Shown one piece after another: positions 40,078-50,857 of a stretch of 64,000 bases of DNA. Within the stretch, counting starts at the first letter, position 1; each line of letters starts with the position of its first letter. This DNA is from Pseudomonadota bacterium. Lineage in GTDB: Bacteria; UBA10199; 2-02-FULL-44-16; JAAZCA01. The notes beneath the pieces are model-generated. The model was not told the DNA's origin, did not search any database, and worked only from the letters and a program-made list of their open reading frames with translations. A program made the position numbers and the translations under genes. The stretch lies in assembly GCA_043798915.1 (NCBI GenBank), contig JAZDOG010000101.1, positions 1 to 64,000 on the forward strand, given 5' to 3'.

Positions 40078-41465
40078 CTCAAGCCAGGCTGATAGACACC
40101 CACGCCCACCTCACATTTCCGGAGTTCGACTCGGACCGCGCCGCGGTCCTTGAGCGCGCATGGGAGACGGGCCTCGATGACATTGTCCTCGTCGGCGCCG
40201 GCGAGGGGTTGGAAGGCAACGCGCGCGCGCTTGAGCTCGCCCGCACGGACGAGCGCCTCTTCGCGATCGTGGGCGTGCATCCGCACGACGCGGGGAAGAT
40301 GGAGGTCTCGTGGCTGGGGGAGCTGGAAAAGTTCGCTGCGGACGAGAAGGTGGTGGCGATCGGCGAGGTCGGGCTCGATTATCACCACAAGGAAACCGAT
40401 CCGGATGTCCAGCGTAAATGTTTCAGGGGGATGCTCGCCCTGGCGGAAAGGGCGGGCAAGCCCGTCGTCATACACGATCGCGAGGCGCACGACGACGTGT
40501 GGCGGATCATCGAGGAGGTCGGCGTCCCGAAGCGGGGCGGCCTCTTCCATTGCTTCTCCGGGGATTCCAGGTTTGCCGGCTGCGTGACGGAGGCAGGTTT
40601 TCATATCTCCATTCCCGGGGTGGTGACGTTTAAAAACGCGAGGATCCTTCAGGAGGTGGTAGCCGACATTCCGCTCGAGCGCATGGTGATAGAGACGGAC
40701 TGCCCCTTTCTCGCCCCGGAGCCGCACAGGGGAAAGCGGAACGAGCCGGCCTTCGTCTCTCTGGTGGCGAAGAAGATCGCCGAGATCAAGGGGCTCTATC
40801 CCGAAGATGTCGCGCGCGTGACGACCTTGAACGCCAGGCGCCTCTTCGGTCTGCCCGGCTGCGAGCTCGAGCCCCACATCGCCTATCGGATCCGCAATTC
40901 GCTCTATCTGAACATCACTAACAGGTGCAATCTCGCCTGCCGCTTCTGCCCGAAGTTCACCGACTACGAGGTGAAGGGATATTACCTGAGGCTCCACACC
41001 GAGCCGGACGTCGAACAGATATTCCAGGCGATGGGCCAGCCCGAGAACTACGACGAGGTCGTCTTCTGCGGGTACGGCGAGCCGACGCTACGCATCGAGG
41101 TGCTCAAGGCCATCGCAAAGCGCATGAAGGAGAAGGGGGTCGCCAGAGTCCGGCTCAACACCGACGGGCTGGCGTGTCTCCTCTATGGGCGCAACGTCCT
41201 TCTGGAGCTCGCCGGGCTCATCGACGCCGTCTCCGTCTCGCTCAATGCCTCCGATGCAGAGACCTACACGAATAATTGCCCTTCCAGATTCGGGCTCGAT
41301 GCGTACAATGCTGTCTGCGCGTTCATCGCGGAAGCGAAGCGCCACATCCCGGAGGTTACAGCGTCGATCGTCGCGCTTCCGGGCATCGATGTCGAGGCGT
41401 GCCGCAGGAAGGCCGCGGAGCTGGGAGTGCCTCTGCGCGTGAGAGAATACATGAATGTTGGGTGA
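40074..41465 (+). CDS. tatD: TatD-family DNase fused to a TatD-associated radical SAM domain
   Basis: IDTHAHL, GVHPH, IGEVGLDY, HCFSG, ETDCPFL; then LYLNITNRCNLACRFC and FCGYGEP. Confidence 0.92.
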   Translation: MTQARLIDTHAHLTFPEFDSDRAAVLERAWETGLDDIVLVGAGEGLEGNARALELARTDERLFAIVGVHPHDAGKMEVSWLGELEKFAADEKVVAIGEVGLDYHHKETDPDVQRKCFRGMLALAERAGKPVVIHDREAHDDVWRIIEEVGVPKRGGLFHCFSGDSRFAGCVTEAGFHISIPGVVTFKNARILQEVVADIPLERMVIETDCPFLAPEPHRGKRNEPAFVSLVAKKIAEIKGLYPEDVARVTTLNARRLFGLPGCELEPHIAYRIRNSLYLNITNRCNLACRFCPKFTDYEVKGYYLRLHTEPDVEQIFQAMGQPENYDEVVFCGYGEPTLRIEVLKAIAKRMKEKGVARVRLNTDGLACLLYGRNVLLELAGLIDAVSVSLNASDAETYTNNCPSRFGLDAYNAVCAFIAEAKRHIPEVTASIVALPGIDVEACRRKAAELGVPLRVREYMNVG

Positions 41466-41489
41466 CTATTCAGTTCCGCTTAGCCAGGT

Positions 41490-41548
41490 TGTCATCCCAG
41501 CGGGTGTAAGCTGGGATCCAATGGATTCCTGCTTTCGCAGGAATGACA
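41490..41548. repeat. REP-like palindromic element (copy 2)
   Basis: TGTCATCCC...GATTCCTGCTTTCGCAGGAATGACA, shared with 17737..17801. Confidence 0.8.
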
Positions 41549-41596
41549 AACAAGAAGCACCTGAATAGTTACTAAATTGATAAAGATAAAGGGAAC

Positions 41597-41628
41597 AAAA
41601 AAGGCGCCCCCAGGAGGGCGCCTCTTTT
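41597..41628 (-). terminator. Intrinsic (possibly bidirectional) terminator between tatD and HU
   Basis: AAAAAAGGCGCCC-CCAGGA-GGGCGCCTCTTTT. Confidence 0.75.
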
Positions 41629-41650
41629 GCAAACTCTTTGAGAGCAGGCT

Positions 41651-41923
41651 TTACAGTACCCAATCCTTCAGCTGTTTGCCCGGCTTGAAGCGCGGAACGC
41701 TGCGAGCCTTGATCTGGATCTCAGCCCCCGTCTGCGGGTTGCGGCCGGTGCGAGCGCGACGCTTCGACACATAGAACGTCCCGAAGCCCGTCAGCGTGAT
41801 CTTGTCCTTCTTGCGCAGGCACTTTCCGATGTTGTGCGTGACCGTATTGAGAACGTTCTCCGCCATCGACTTGGAGATCTTGCAGTCCTTCGCGATATAG
41901 TTGACCAATTCGGCTTTCGTCAT
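41651..41923 (-). CDS. hup: HU-family DNA-binding protein
   Basis: MTKAELV, GFGTF, RARTGRNPQTG, PRFKPGKQLKD. Confidence 0.95.
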   Translation of the reverse strand: MTKAELVNYIAKDCKISKSMAENVLNTVTHNIGKCLRKKDKITLTGFGTFYVSKRRARTGRNPQTGAEIQIKARSVPRFKPGKQLKDWVL

Positions 41924-42013
41924 TTGGTTTCACCCCCTTCCTGGAATAGATTCATGCGACAGCTGTCTACGAAAACATTGGTGCGCGTGCATCTGCTGCC
42001 GTACGTTGCGTGA

Positions 42014-42042
42014 AAAATACGCAAGCGTCCCCTCCGTGTCAA
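42014..42042 (-). promoter_or_regulatory. Putative sigma70 promoter of HU
   Basis: Minus strand TTGACA-N17-TATTTT. Confidence 0.55.
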
Positions 42043-42141
42043 ACAAAAAGATTCGGCGGACGTCGATTTTTTCTATGCTGGCGAGTGAGGAACATGTTGC
42101 GGCGGTCGAGCGAAGCGACCCGCAGTCGAAACACAGCTGTC

Positions 42142-42157
42142 GGCAAAAAGCGTGCCA
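42142..42157 (-). promoter_or_regulatory. Putative sigma54 promoter upstream of HU
   Basis: Minus strand TGGCACG-CTTT-TTGCC. Confidence 0.55.
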
Positions 42158-42261
42158 AGGCAGCTTTGCGGTCTCTCATCCCTTCAAGAATTCCTTGAAC
42201 TTACCGTTGACATTTGGGGATTCAGCGTGCAATTTAGCTGCCTCCAATAGCGAGGCAAGCA

Positions 42262-44693
<2,432 letters not shown>

Positions 44694-44697
<4 letters not shown>

Positions 44698-45521
44698 CGC
44701 GTAAAATTACAATCGGTGTCATGGTCTGCATCGTTCTCTTTAGCCTGCAGGGCTGCAAGCCCAGGGGCTTTGATGCGGATTTCAAAGCGGCAGAGGCGGC
44801 GGTCGGAATTGGCGACAACGACGGCGCGCTGAACGCCTACCGCGCCGTGGTCGATCGCTACCCGGCCGATCCGCGCCGGTGCGGCGTCCTCCTCAAGATC
44901 GCAGATATCTACGACACCTCCCTCCACGACGACATCTCCGCCGCCCGCGCCTATGCGAGGGTGATAAAGGAATATCCGCTCTCCGATGTGTCGGTGCCGG
45001 CTCGCGAGCGCCATGCGCTGCTCATGGAGAAGAAGGGCGATTTCGACGGCGAGATCGAGGACTATTCCGATCTGCTCAAACACTTTCCCGAGAGCCCCGA
45101 CAGATACAGATACCGCGTGCTCATGGCCGGCGCTTATCTTTCTCAGCGGAACTTCGGGCAGGCCAGGATGGAGATCAAGCCCCTGCTCGATGACAGACAG
45201 ATTCCGCCTGAGGTGCGCGAGCAGGCGCTCTTCGTCGCCGGCGAGAGCTTCTTTCTCGAGGACCATCCGGAGAAGGCCGCGCCATATTATCAGCAGATGC
45301 TCAGGGAGTTCCCGAATTCAAAGCTGGCGTCCGAGGCCGAGCTCCACTTCGCGACGTGCGCCGAGGAGATGGGCTATCTTGGGACGGCCCGCGACATCAC
45401 GAGGGACGCCGCACGCGACTATCCCAACAAAAAGGTGATCGATGCGAAGCTCAAGAGCATAAAGGAGCGGGCCACAAAGCACGCCGAGCCGGCACCGCCG
45501 GCAGGACAGAAGAAGCCCTGA
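44694..45521 (+). CDS. TPR lipoprotein (BamD/CpoB-like)
   Basis: Lipobox LQGC; repeats of the type Y..V...YP.S. Confidence 0.8.
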
Positions 45522-45596
45522 ACCATCTAAAAAGCGGTTTACAAACAGCGCCACCATGGGTTAGCCTCCGGCGCCTTGAAAGGAAAAGGAGATCAT

Positions 45597-46031
45597 ATGG
45601 CAAACGAACGCACGCTGGCCATAATCAAGCCCGATGCCCTCGAGAAGGGGATCATCGGCGAGATATGCAGGAGGATCGAGGACGCCAGCCTCAAGATCGT
45701 CGGCATGAAGATGTTGAAGCTTGAGCGCCAGCGCTCCGAGGGTTTCTATGCCGTCCACAAGGGCAAGGTCTTCTTCGAGAGCCTCACCAAGTTCATGACA
45801 TCCGGCCCCTGTGTCGTGATGGCGCTCGAGGGTGCAGGTGCGATCAAGAAGTGGCGCGAAACGATGGGTGCCACGAACCCGGAGGAAGCGGCCGAAGGGA
45901 CGATACGCCGCGACTGGGGGACGAACATCGAGCGCAATGCCGTGCACGGTTCCGACGCCCCGGACACAGCAAAGTTCGAGATCGCATATTTCTTCGAGTC
46001 GAATGAGATAGTGCAGTATGAGTGGGTGTAG
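45597..46031 (+). CDS. ndk: Nucleoside diphosphate kinase
   Basis: [24 protein letters not shown]. Confidence 0.97.
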   Translation: MANERTLAIIKPDALEKGIIGEICRRIEDASLKIVGMKMLKLERQRSEGFYAVHKGKVFFESLTKFMTSGPCVVMALEGAGAIKKWRETMGATNPEEAAEGTIRRDWGTNIERNAVHGSDAPDTAKFEIAYFFESNEIVQYEWV

Positions 46032-46052
46032 AACCCGTCGCTCGTGACTCGT

Positions 46053-46121
46053 GTGTATCAAATCATCGACCATACCGCCGATGCAGGCCTCTGGCATGCG
46101 CAGGTGATCTTCGACATCTGA
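46053..46121 (+). pseudogene. Archease remnant: 22-codon ORF joining the N- and C-terminal motifs
   Basis: GTG-YQIIDHTADAG-LWHAQVIFDI-stop; DHTAD and terminal VIFDI are archease hallmarks. Confidence 0.7.
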
Positions 46122-46186
46122 AATCCCCTTTTAAAAGTCCTTTAATGTCAATAACTTGAACGCCGGGAAACGTCCCCTGCATTTTT

Positions 46187-46215
46187 CACGCAACTTTGTC
46201 TGAAACCCGCCGATA
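46187..46215 (+). promoter_or_regulatory. Putative sigma28-like promoter (copy 2)
   Basis: CACGCAACTTT-N11-GCCGATA(A); GCCGATAA is the FliA -10 consensus. Confidence 0.6.
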
Positions 46216-46259
46216 AATGAGGTGGAGCAGAACCTTCCCCTGTTTATCAGGAGGTAAAG

Positions 46260-48500
46260 ATGGCGGTCTGTGGAAGGAATCGAATCAAGTGCAAAACCTT
46301 GGCTGATCTTCCGGTCTGCGACCCCCAAAAGGACTGGAATTTGCTCAAGCTTGACCCGCTCAGCATGGAGACTCCGGAGTGGATGGGGATCGATCACCTG
46401 CTTGTAAATAAGACCGCCACTCGAGGCACGGTCCTTCGTTTTGTCCGACCGGAATTATTGGAAGATTTGAAAGCGTCGTTATCCGAAGGATTTCGCCCGA
46501 CCGAACCTGCAGAGCTGGATGAATTCATATCCCAGGATACTGTCAGAGCACACGGATATGCCGGCTTCTGCAAATCTACGCATGTGATTAAGGATGATGG
46601 CAGGCAGCTGTGGGGCGTATACAAGTGGCACGGCACTCCCAGTGAATATCTCGCTGTTTTCAACAAGTACAATTCCGACAAACACATCCAGATGGAGTCC
46701 AACGGTTTCGAACTCTCCGTCGAGGAGATGACGGGCTTGATCGGGGCGCTGAAACTCGGAAGCAAGGACTACTACTGCGACGGAGATGGTTGTCCCCGCG
46801 AACTGCCTGTCCAATCGCAGAGCGCCTGCGGATCCAACTACACCAAGGGCACCTATTTTTTCACATCGAAACCCGAACGCCTCAATAACCTGATCGAGAT
46901 GCTCGGGAAGAAAAAAGAGGGGGATGGCTATCAGCTGAAGGTCGGCGGTCTCGCCGATCTCCGCCGGGAGGAGTTGATCAAACATTTGAAGGACATCCTG
47001 CCCAAACCGTCGGAGCAGAAAACGCCACAGTACGTATGGTGGCTTGTTGGCACCAATTTCCTGGTGGCTGCGGCCATCGTGGGCCCCCAGCTCAAGGAAC
47101 TCTATCGGTGGTGGAGGGGCAGGGTGAAGACGGTGGATTTTGGGGCCATCGTGAAAAAGAAGATCGAGGCCGATTCCTCATATACGGTGAAGGGCCGCGA
47201 GGCCGAGGCGAGGGAGGCCTGGAAGATGACGGACGCGGATCCAGGAATCGATGAATTTCCGCATCTGCTGATCGATCTCGCGACCGGCGAGGGCAAGGAC
47301 AAGCTTTACGAGGAGATGATAATCCTCAAGGAGAAGGGCGACCCGTCCGTGCCGGAAAGATGGCGGAACGCCGCCGTCGTGGATGTGGATCCTGCCAGCT
47401 TTCAGTCCGACACCAAATGGCGCGGCAATGTGGCCGACAAGGTGACCGAGATCGGGGAAAAAGCCAGGAAGGGCCCGTTGGTAGTGAGGATGCGCGAAGG
47501 GGATAAAATATTCCTGAGCGGGGGGGCTTCAAGCAGCGACTCCGAGGTGGTCGCCGGGCTCATGCTCGCGAAGCTGGAGGAGCCAGGGGTGCGCGAAAAC
47601 CTCCTTCTGGTGATAACCACGAGCCGCGGCGATGAGATGATTGCGAAACATCCGGATCTTTTCCGCCGCTTCAACAAGCCCGGGCTTCACATCTTCAGCG
47701 TGGCCGAAGTGATCGATGCCCTCGACGGGCCCACCAGGAAGGCATACGAAAAGAAACGAGGCGTCAAGATTCCGCGCGAGGTTATCGGCGCGGCTGCGCG
47801 CATTGCTGAATCCTATTACCGGCCATCGAGGGTCGTCGTGAATGCAACGACAAGAAAAGAGTTCATGCTTGCGCGCTTCGACGCCACGAAGAACCTCCTG
47901 TCCGATGCCGCAAAGATGGCCGCGAAACGCGGCAAAGGAACGGTTGTCACGGTCAGCGACGTCATCGCCGCGGCAGAGGGGCGCATCGGCAAAAAGCTCG
48001 ATCACGGTCAGGTCGAGGCCAGGATCGAAAAAGAAAGAGGGGTGGAGGAGGCGGCCAAGGCCAGGGCGGGCACGGAAGCGGCGCCAGCAAAGGGTGGTGC
48101 GCCTGTGTGCAGGGCGGACGAGGCCCCTGGCGAGCGGCCGGCTCCCGTTGATAACAGGACTGAGGCCTTGCGCCTTGTGATCGTTGCAGACAGAGAGTTG
48201 TCCACCCGGCTGCCGCGATACGACGATTTGCCTGAGGCAAGAAAAAGAGCGATTGTGGACTGCTTATATAAAACTTTGTTGGATAATGGCTTCAGGCAGA
48301 CATATGTCCGGGATGGCAGAATAACGGCTGGGGGCTTAGAACAATTGATCGCTCGCGTAAAAGGGTATGCATCAGTCGCCGCGCCGGAAGGGCCGGTGCG
48401 TCCTGAACGAGCGGCCGATGCTGATGGTGCTGATAAGGATGGCAGAAAAAAGGACACTGAACGTGATAAGGGGCGAAGGGGCGAAGTTCCGGGCAAATAG
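46260..48500 (+). CDS. Orphan membrane-anchored protein with a degenerate ClpA/B-type AAA+ domain and shared C-terminal module
   Basis: SD AGGAGG; Cys-containing N-domain; TM segment YVWWLVGTNFLVAAAIVG; Clp NBD1-like region 47187..47912. Confidence 0.75.
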   Translation: MAVCGRNRIKCKTLADLPVCDPQKDWNLLKLDPLSMETPEWMGIDHLLVNKTATRGTVLRFVRPELLEDLKASLSEGFRPTEPAELDEFISQDTVRAHGYAGFCKSTHVIKDDGRQLWGVYKWHGTPSEYLAVFNKYNSDKHIQMESNGFELSVEEMTGLIGALKLGSKDYYCDGDGCPRELPVQSQSACGSNYTKGTYFFTSKPERLNNLIEMLGKKKEGDGYQLKVGGLADLRREELIKHLKDILPKPSEQKTPQYVWWLVGTNFLVAAAIVGPQLKELYRWWRGRVKTVDFGAIVKKKIEADSSYTVKGREAEAREAWKMTDADPGIDEFPHLLIDLATGEGKDKLYEEMIILKEKGDPSVPERWRNAAVVDVDPASFQSDTKWRGNVADKVTEIGEKARKGPLVVRMREGDKIFLSGGASSSDSEVVAGLMLAKLEEPGVRENLLLVITTSRGDEMIAKHPDLFRRFNKPGLHIFSVAEVIDALDGPTRKAYEKKRGVKIPREVIGAAARIAESYYRPSRVVVNATTRKEFMLARFDATKNLLSDAAKMAAKRGKGTVVTVSDVIAAAEGRIGKKLDHGQVEARIEKERGVEEAAKARAGTEAAPAKGGAPVCRADEAPGERPAPVDNRTEALRLVIVADRELSTRLPRYDDLPEARKRAIVDCLYKTLLDNGFRQTYVRDGRITAGGLEQLIARVKGYASVAAPEGPVRPERAADADGADKDGRKKDTERDKGRRGEVPGK

Positions 48501-48511
48501 GAGGACATGCT

Positions 48512-49327
48512 ATGACGGTATACAATATTGATCCGACGACAAAAGTTGTGCTGGATGGTCCATACCAAGGGGAGATCGTGGCGCCCTGCTCCGAGCTCTC
48601 CGGCACGATGCGCCTGCCTGATGTGCTCTTGTCCAGGGATGAAGGCGTGGCGATACGTTCCCGGCACAATCTGAACACATCGCAATTCCATCTGGATATC
48701 GAGTCGCCGGTGAATGGTGTTTACTGCATGGCGTATAAAAATCCCTCGATGAACAAGTCGTTCGTTGACAATTTCAAGTGTTCCTACGTGGGAGAATCGC
48801 CCGTGATGGCATGGTTCCGCGACTTGGTGCCTTTTATGGAGACATCCAGATGCTCGACAGTGAAAAAGGGCATGAAGCCTTTTCTTCCGCACGAGGAGCC
48901 CGGGGAACTCGCTAAACTCTGGGATGGCACTCGCAACGGTCTGACGTTTGCCGTTGGCATGGCCATCGTGGACAGGGTGCTGAAGAGGTATGCCGGCTGG
49001 TCTCCGCTGGAATCGGCTTTGAAGACTGCCGCAAACTGGATGGGAAGGGGTGGGCCTGGGAGCGCAGGCGGCGCGGGCGGTGCAGCAAGCGGCGCAGGCG
49101 AAGGCTCCGGGGCCAGTGGGGCGCCACCTGCTGCCGAGGCCCCCGGAGGTCCTCCACAATCAACTTTCAGTCTTCCTTCGATCCCTGTTCCAACGCCGGA
49201 AGAAGCCGCAAAGATAGGAACATGGATGTTGATTATGGGGATTATGGGAATTATGCTCGACAGTGCATTGAAGGCAGCGTGTCCAGTCTTTATAATAAGG
49301 CCCGCCGAAGAGAGAGTGGAGGCCTAA
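48512..49327 (+). CDS. Orphan protein with hydrophobic segments and a Gly/Ala-rich linker
   Basis: SD GGAGG; co-oriented in the cluster; no family recognised. Confidence 0.7.
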   Translation: MTVYNIDPTTKVVLDGPYQGEIVAPCSELSGTMRLPDVLLSRDEGVAIRSRHNLNTSQFHLDIESPVNGVYCMAYKNPSMNKSFVDNFKCSYVGESPVMAWFRDLVPFMETSRCSTVKKGMKPFLPHEEPGELAKLWDGTRNGLTFAVGMAIVDRVLKRYAGWSPLESALKTAANWMGRGGPGSAGGAGGAASGAGEGSGASGAPPAAEAPGGPPQSTFSLPSIPVPTPEEAAKIGTWMLIMGIMGIMLDSALKAACPVFIIRPAEERVEA

Positions 49328-49352
49328 AGATAGTTGGAATGGAGGAAGTCCT

Positions 49353-50729
49353 ATGGCTGGCCCAGATGGCAAAATACCCAAGGCACCTGGTTCGCCTGGC
49401 GTCGAAATCGATAGTGATTATGCACGCCAGTTAGGTTGCAGGCCGGGTGAAGAAGATCCTCCCGCCGATGCATGCCGGACTGCAATAGAGCCTGACAGGT
49501 ATACGTCGGCGAGCCTCCCCACTCCGCCCCCCACTGCTCCATTTGCACCGCCAGGGCGTTTTGCGCCTGCCCCGCCAACGGCATCAAACGCAGCAAGCGA
49601 GGCAGCGACAGCTACAGGCTCGGCGGTCTCCGGGAAAGGCCCTCTCGAGACTGCCAGGTTTTTTAGAGAACTCGCTGCCGAAACTCTGCAGGAAACAAAG
49701 AGGCCAGGCGTAAATGTATCCGCTTTAGAGGCGCAGGCAGCTGTGCTTATTCTCGACGCGGTTGTATTGGAGCAGGAAAATGGCGGGTCAAGCGCGCGAT
49801 TTACAGGGGGACTCAGGCAGGTTGCAAAAAATAGAGCCGATTCCATTTTAGATGAAGCCCGCAGGGCACAGAGGTCAGGAGCGGAGAGGTTGAGGTCAAG
49901 CGACGACGGGAAATTCTCCGAGGGGTTGGATTTAATTATGGCCGCCAGCAGAGGATATGATCTAGCGCGCCTGCTCTTCGAAACCATCGATCTTGACCTC
50001 GAGAGCGCAATTCGTGGCTCGGAGCAGGTTGATTTCTTGAGGAAGGCGGCGGAAAAAGCGTTTTCACGCAAGAAGTATCTACAACAGGCCCTCGACTTGT
50101 TTGACCTGGCTTTGCAAGCAAGCGGTGGCAGTGGTGATTCCCTGGAAAAACTCAGGATTATAAGAACCCAAACCGGAGGTACCAAGAAGCTTGTGAGATT
50201 CTATCAAAAAGCGCTTTCTTCGCCTGTTCCGCAACTTTTACAGCAACGACAATTTTCTTTGCCTGGATACGACAATGCCGGGCCTGTAGATATGAGCAAG
50301 GCTTTTGCGAATTTACGTCGTTTCAGGATTGCTCCGGACTCTCCTCTGCCGCCTCAAGCCTTGCCGTTGGCAAGTTCCCCGCAGACGCTCGAGGCTGAGG
50401 CCATCAGTCTTACGGCCGATGCAGTCAGTGAGTTGCCCAGCCGGTTGCCGGGATACCGCGATTTGCTTCCGGAGAGAAAGGCAGAGATTGAGGGCTCCAT
50501 ATATAAAAATTTATTGGATGGGGACTTCAGGAGTGCATATATCCGTGATGGCAGAATAACGGCTGAGGGTTTCGAACAATTGGCTGCCCGCGTAAAAGGG
50601 TCTGCATCAGTCGCCGCGCCGGCAGGGCCGGTGCGGCCTGAGCGAGCGGAGGATGATCGGCCGGTCAGGGACGACAGGGATGGCAGAGAGGACGTTGAAC
50701 GCGCAAAGGGCAAAGTTTTTGGCAAATAG
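49353..50729 (+). CDS. Orphan helical protein with shared C-terminal module
   Basis: SD GGAGG; Pro-rich N-terminus; C-terminal ~100 aa paralogous to 46260..48500. Confidence 0.7.
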   Translation: MAGPDGKIPKAPGSPGVEIDSDYARQLGCRPGEEDPPADACRTAIEPDRYTSASLPTPPPTAPFAPPGRFAPAPPTASNAASEAATATGSAVSGKGPLETARFFRELAAETLQETKRPGVNVSALEAQAAVLILDAVVLEQENGGSSARFTGGLRQVAKNRADSILDEARRAQRSGAERLRSSDDGKFSEGLDLIMAASRGYDLARLLFETIDLDLESAIRGSEQVDFLRKAAEKAFSRKKYLQQALDLFDLALQASGGSGDSLEKLRIIRTQTGGTKKLVRFYQKALSSPVPQLLQQRQFSLPGYDNAGPVDMSKAFANLRRFRIAPDSPLPPQALPLASSPQTLEAEAISLTADAVSELPSRLPGYRDLLPERKAEIEGSIYKNLLDGDFRSAYIRDGRITAEGFEQLAARVKGSASVAAPAGPVRPERAEDDRPVRDDRDGREDVERAKGKVFGK

Positions 50730-50791
50730 GAGATGGAGTTTCGAGGCATTCCAGTGGGCCGATCCCGAAATGCTGAAAGAAATGCTGAATC

Positions 50792-50829
50792 AGGGGACGT
50801 TTCTCCCCCCGAAAAGAGAAACGTCCCCT
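50792..50829. repeat. Hairpin AGGGGACGTTTCTC...GAGAAACGTCCCCT between convergent genes
   Basis: 14-bp perfect inverted repeat; one arm recurs at 46167..46179. Confidence 0.65.
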
Positions 50830-50857
50830 TTATCCTGGAGAGGTGTGACTTTGGTTG

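Noticed and set aside
40074..41465. TatD gene as the missing qatD
   Set aside because: It is a housekeeping-type TatD-radical SAM fusion with host-like codon usage, 15 kb away in a core operon.
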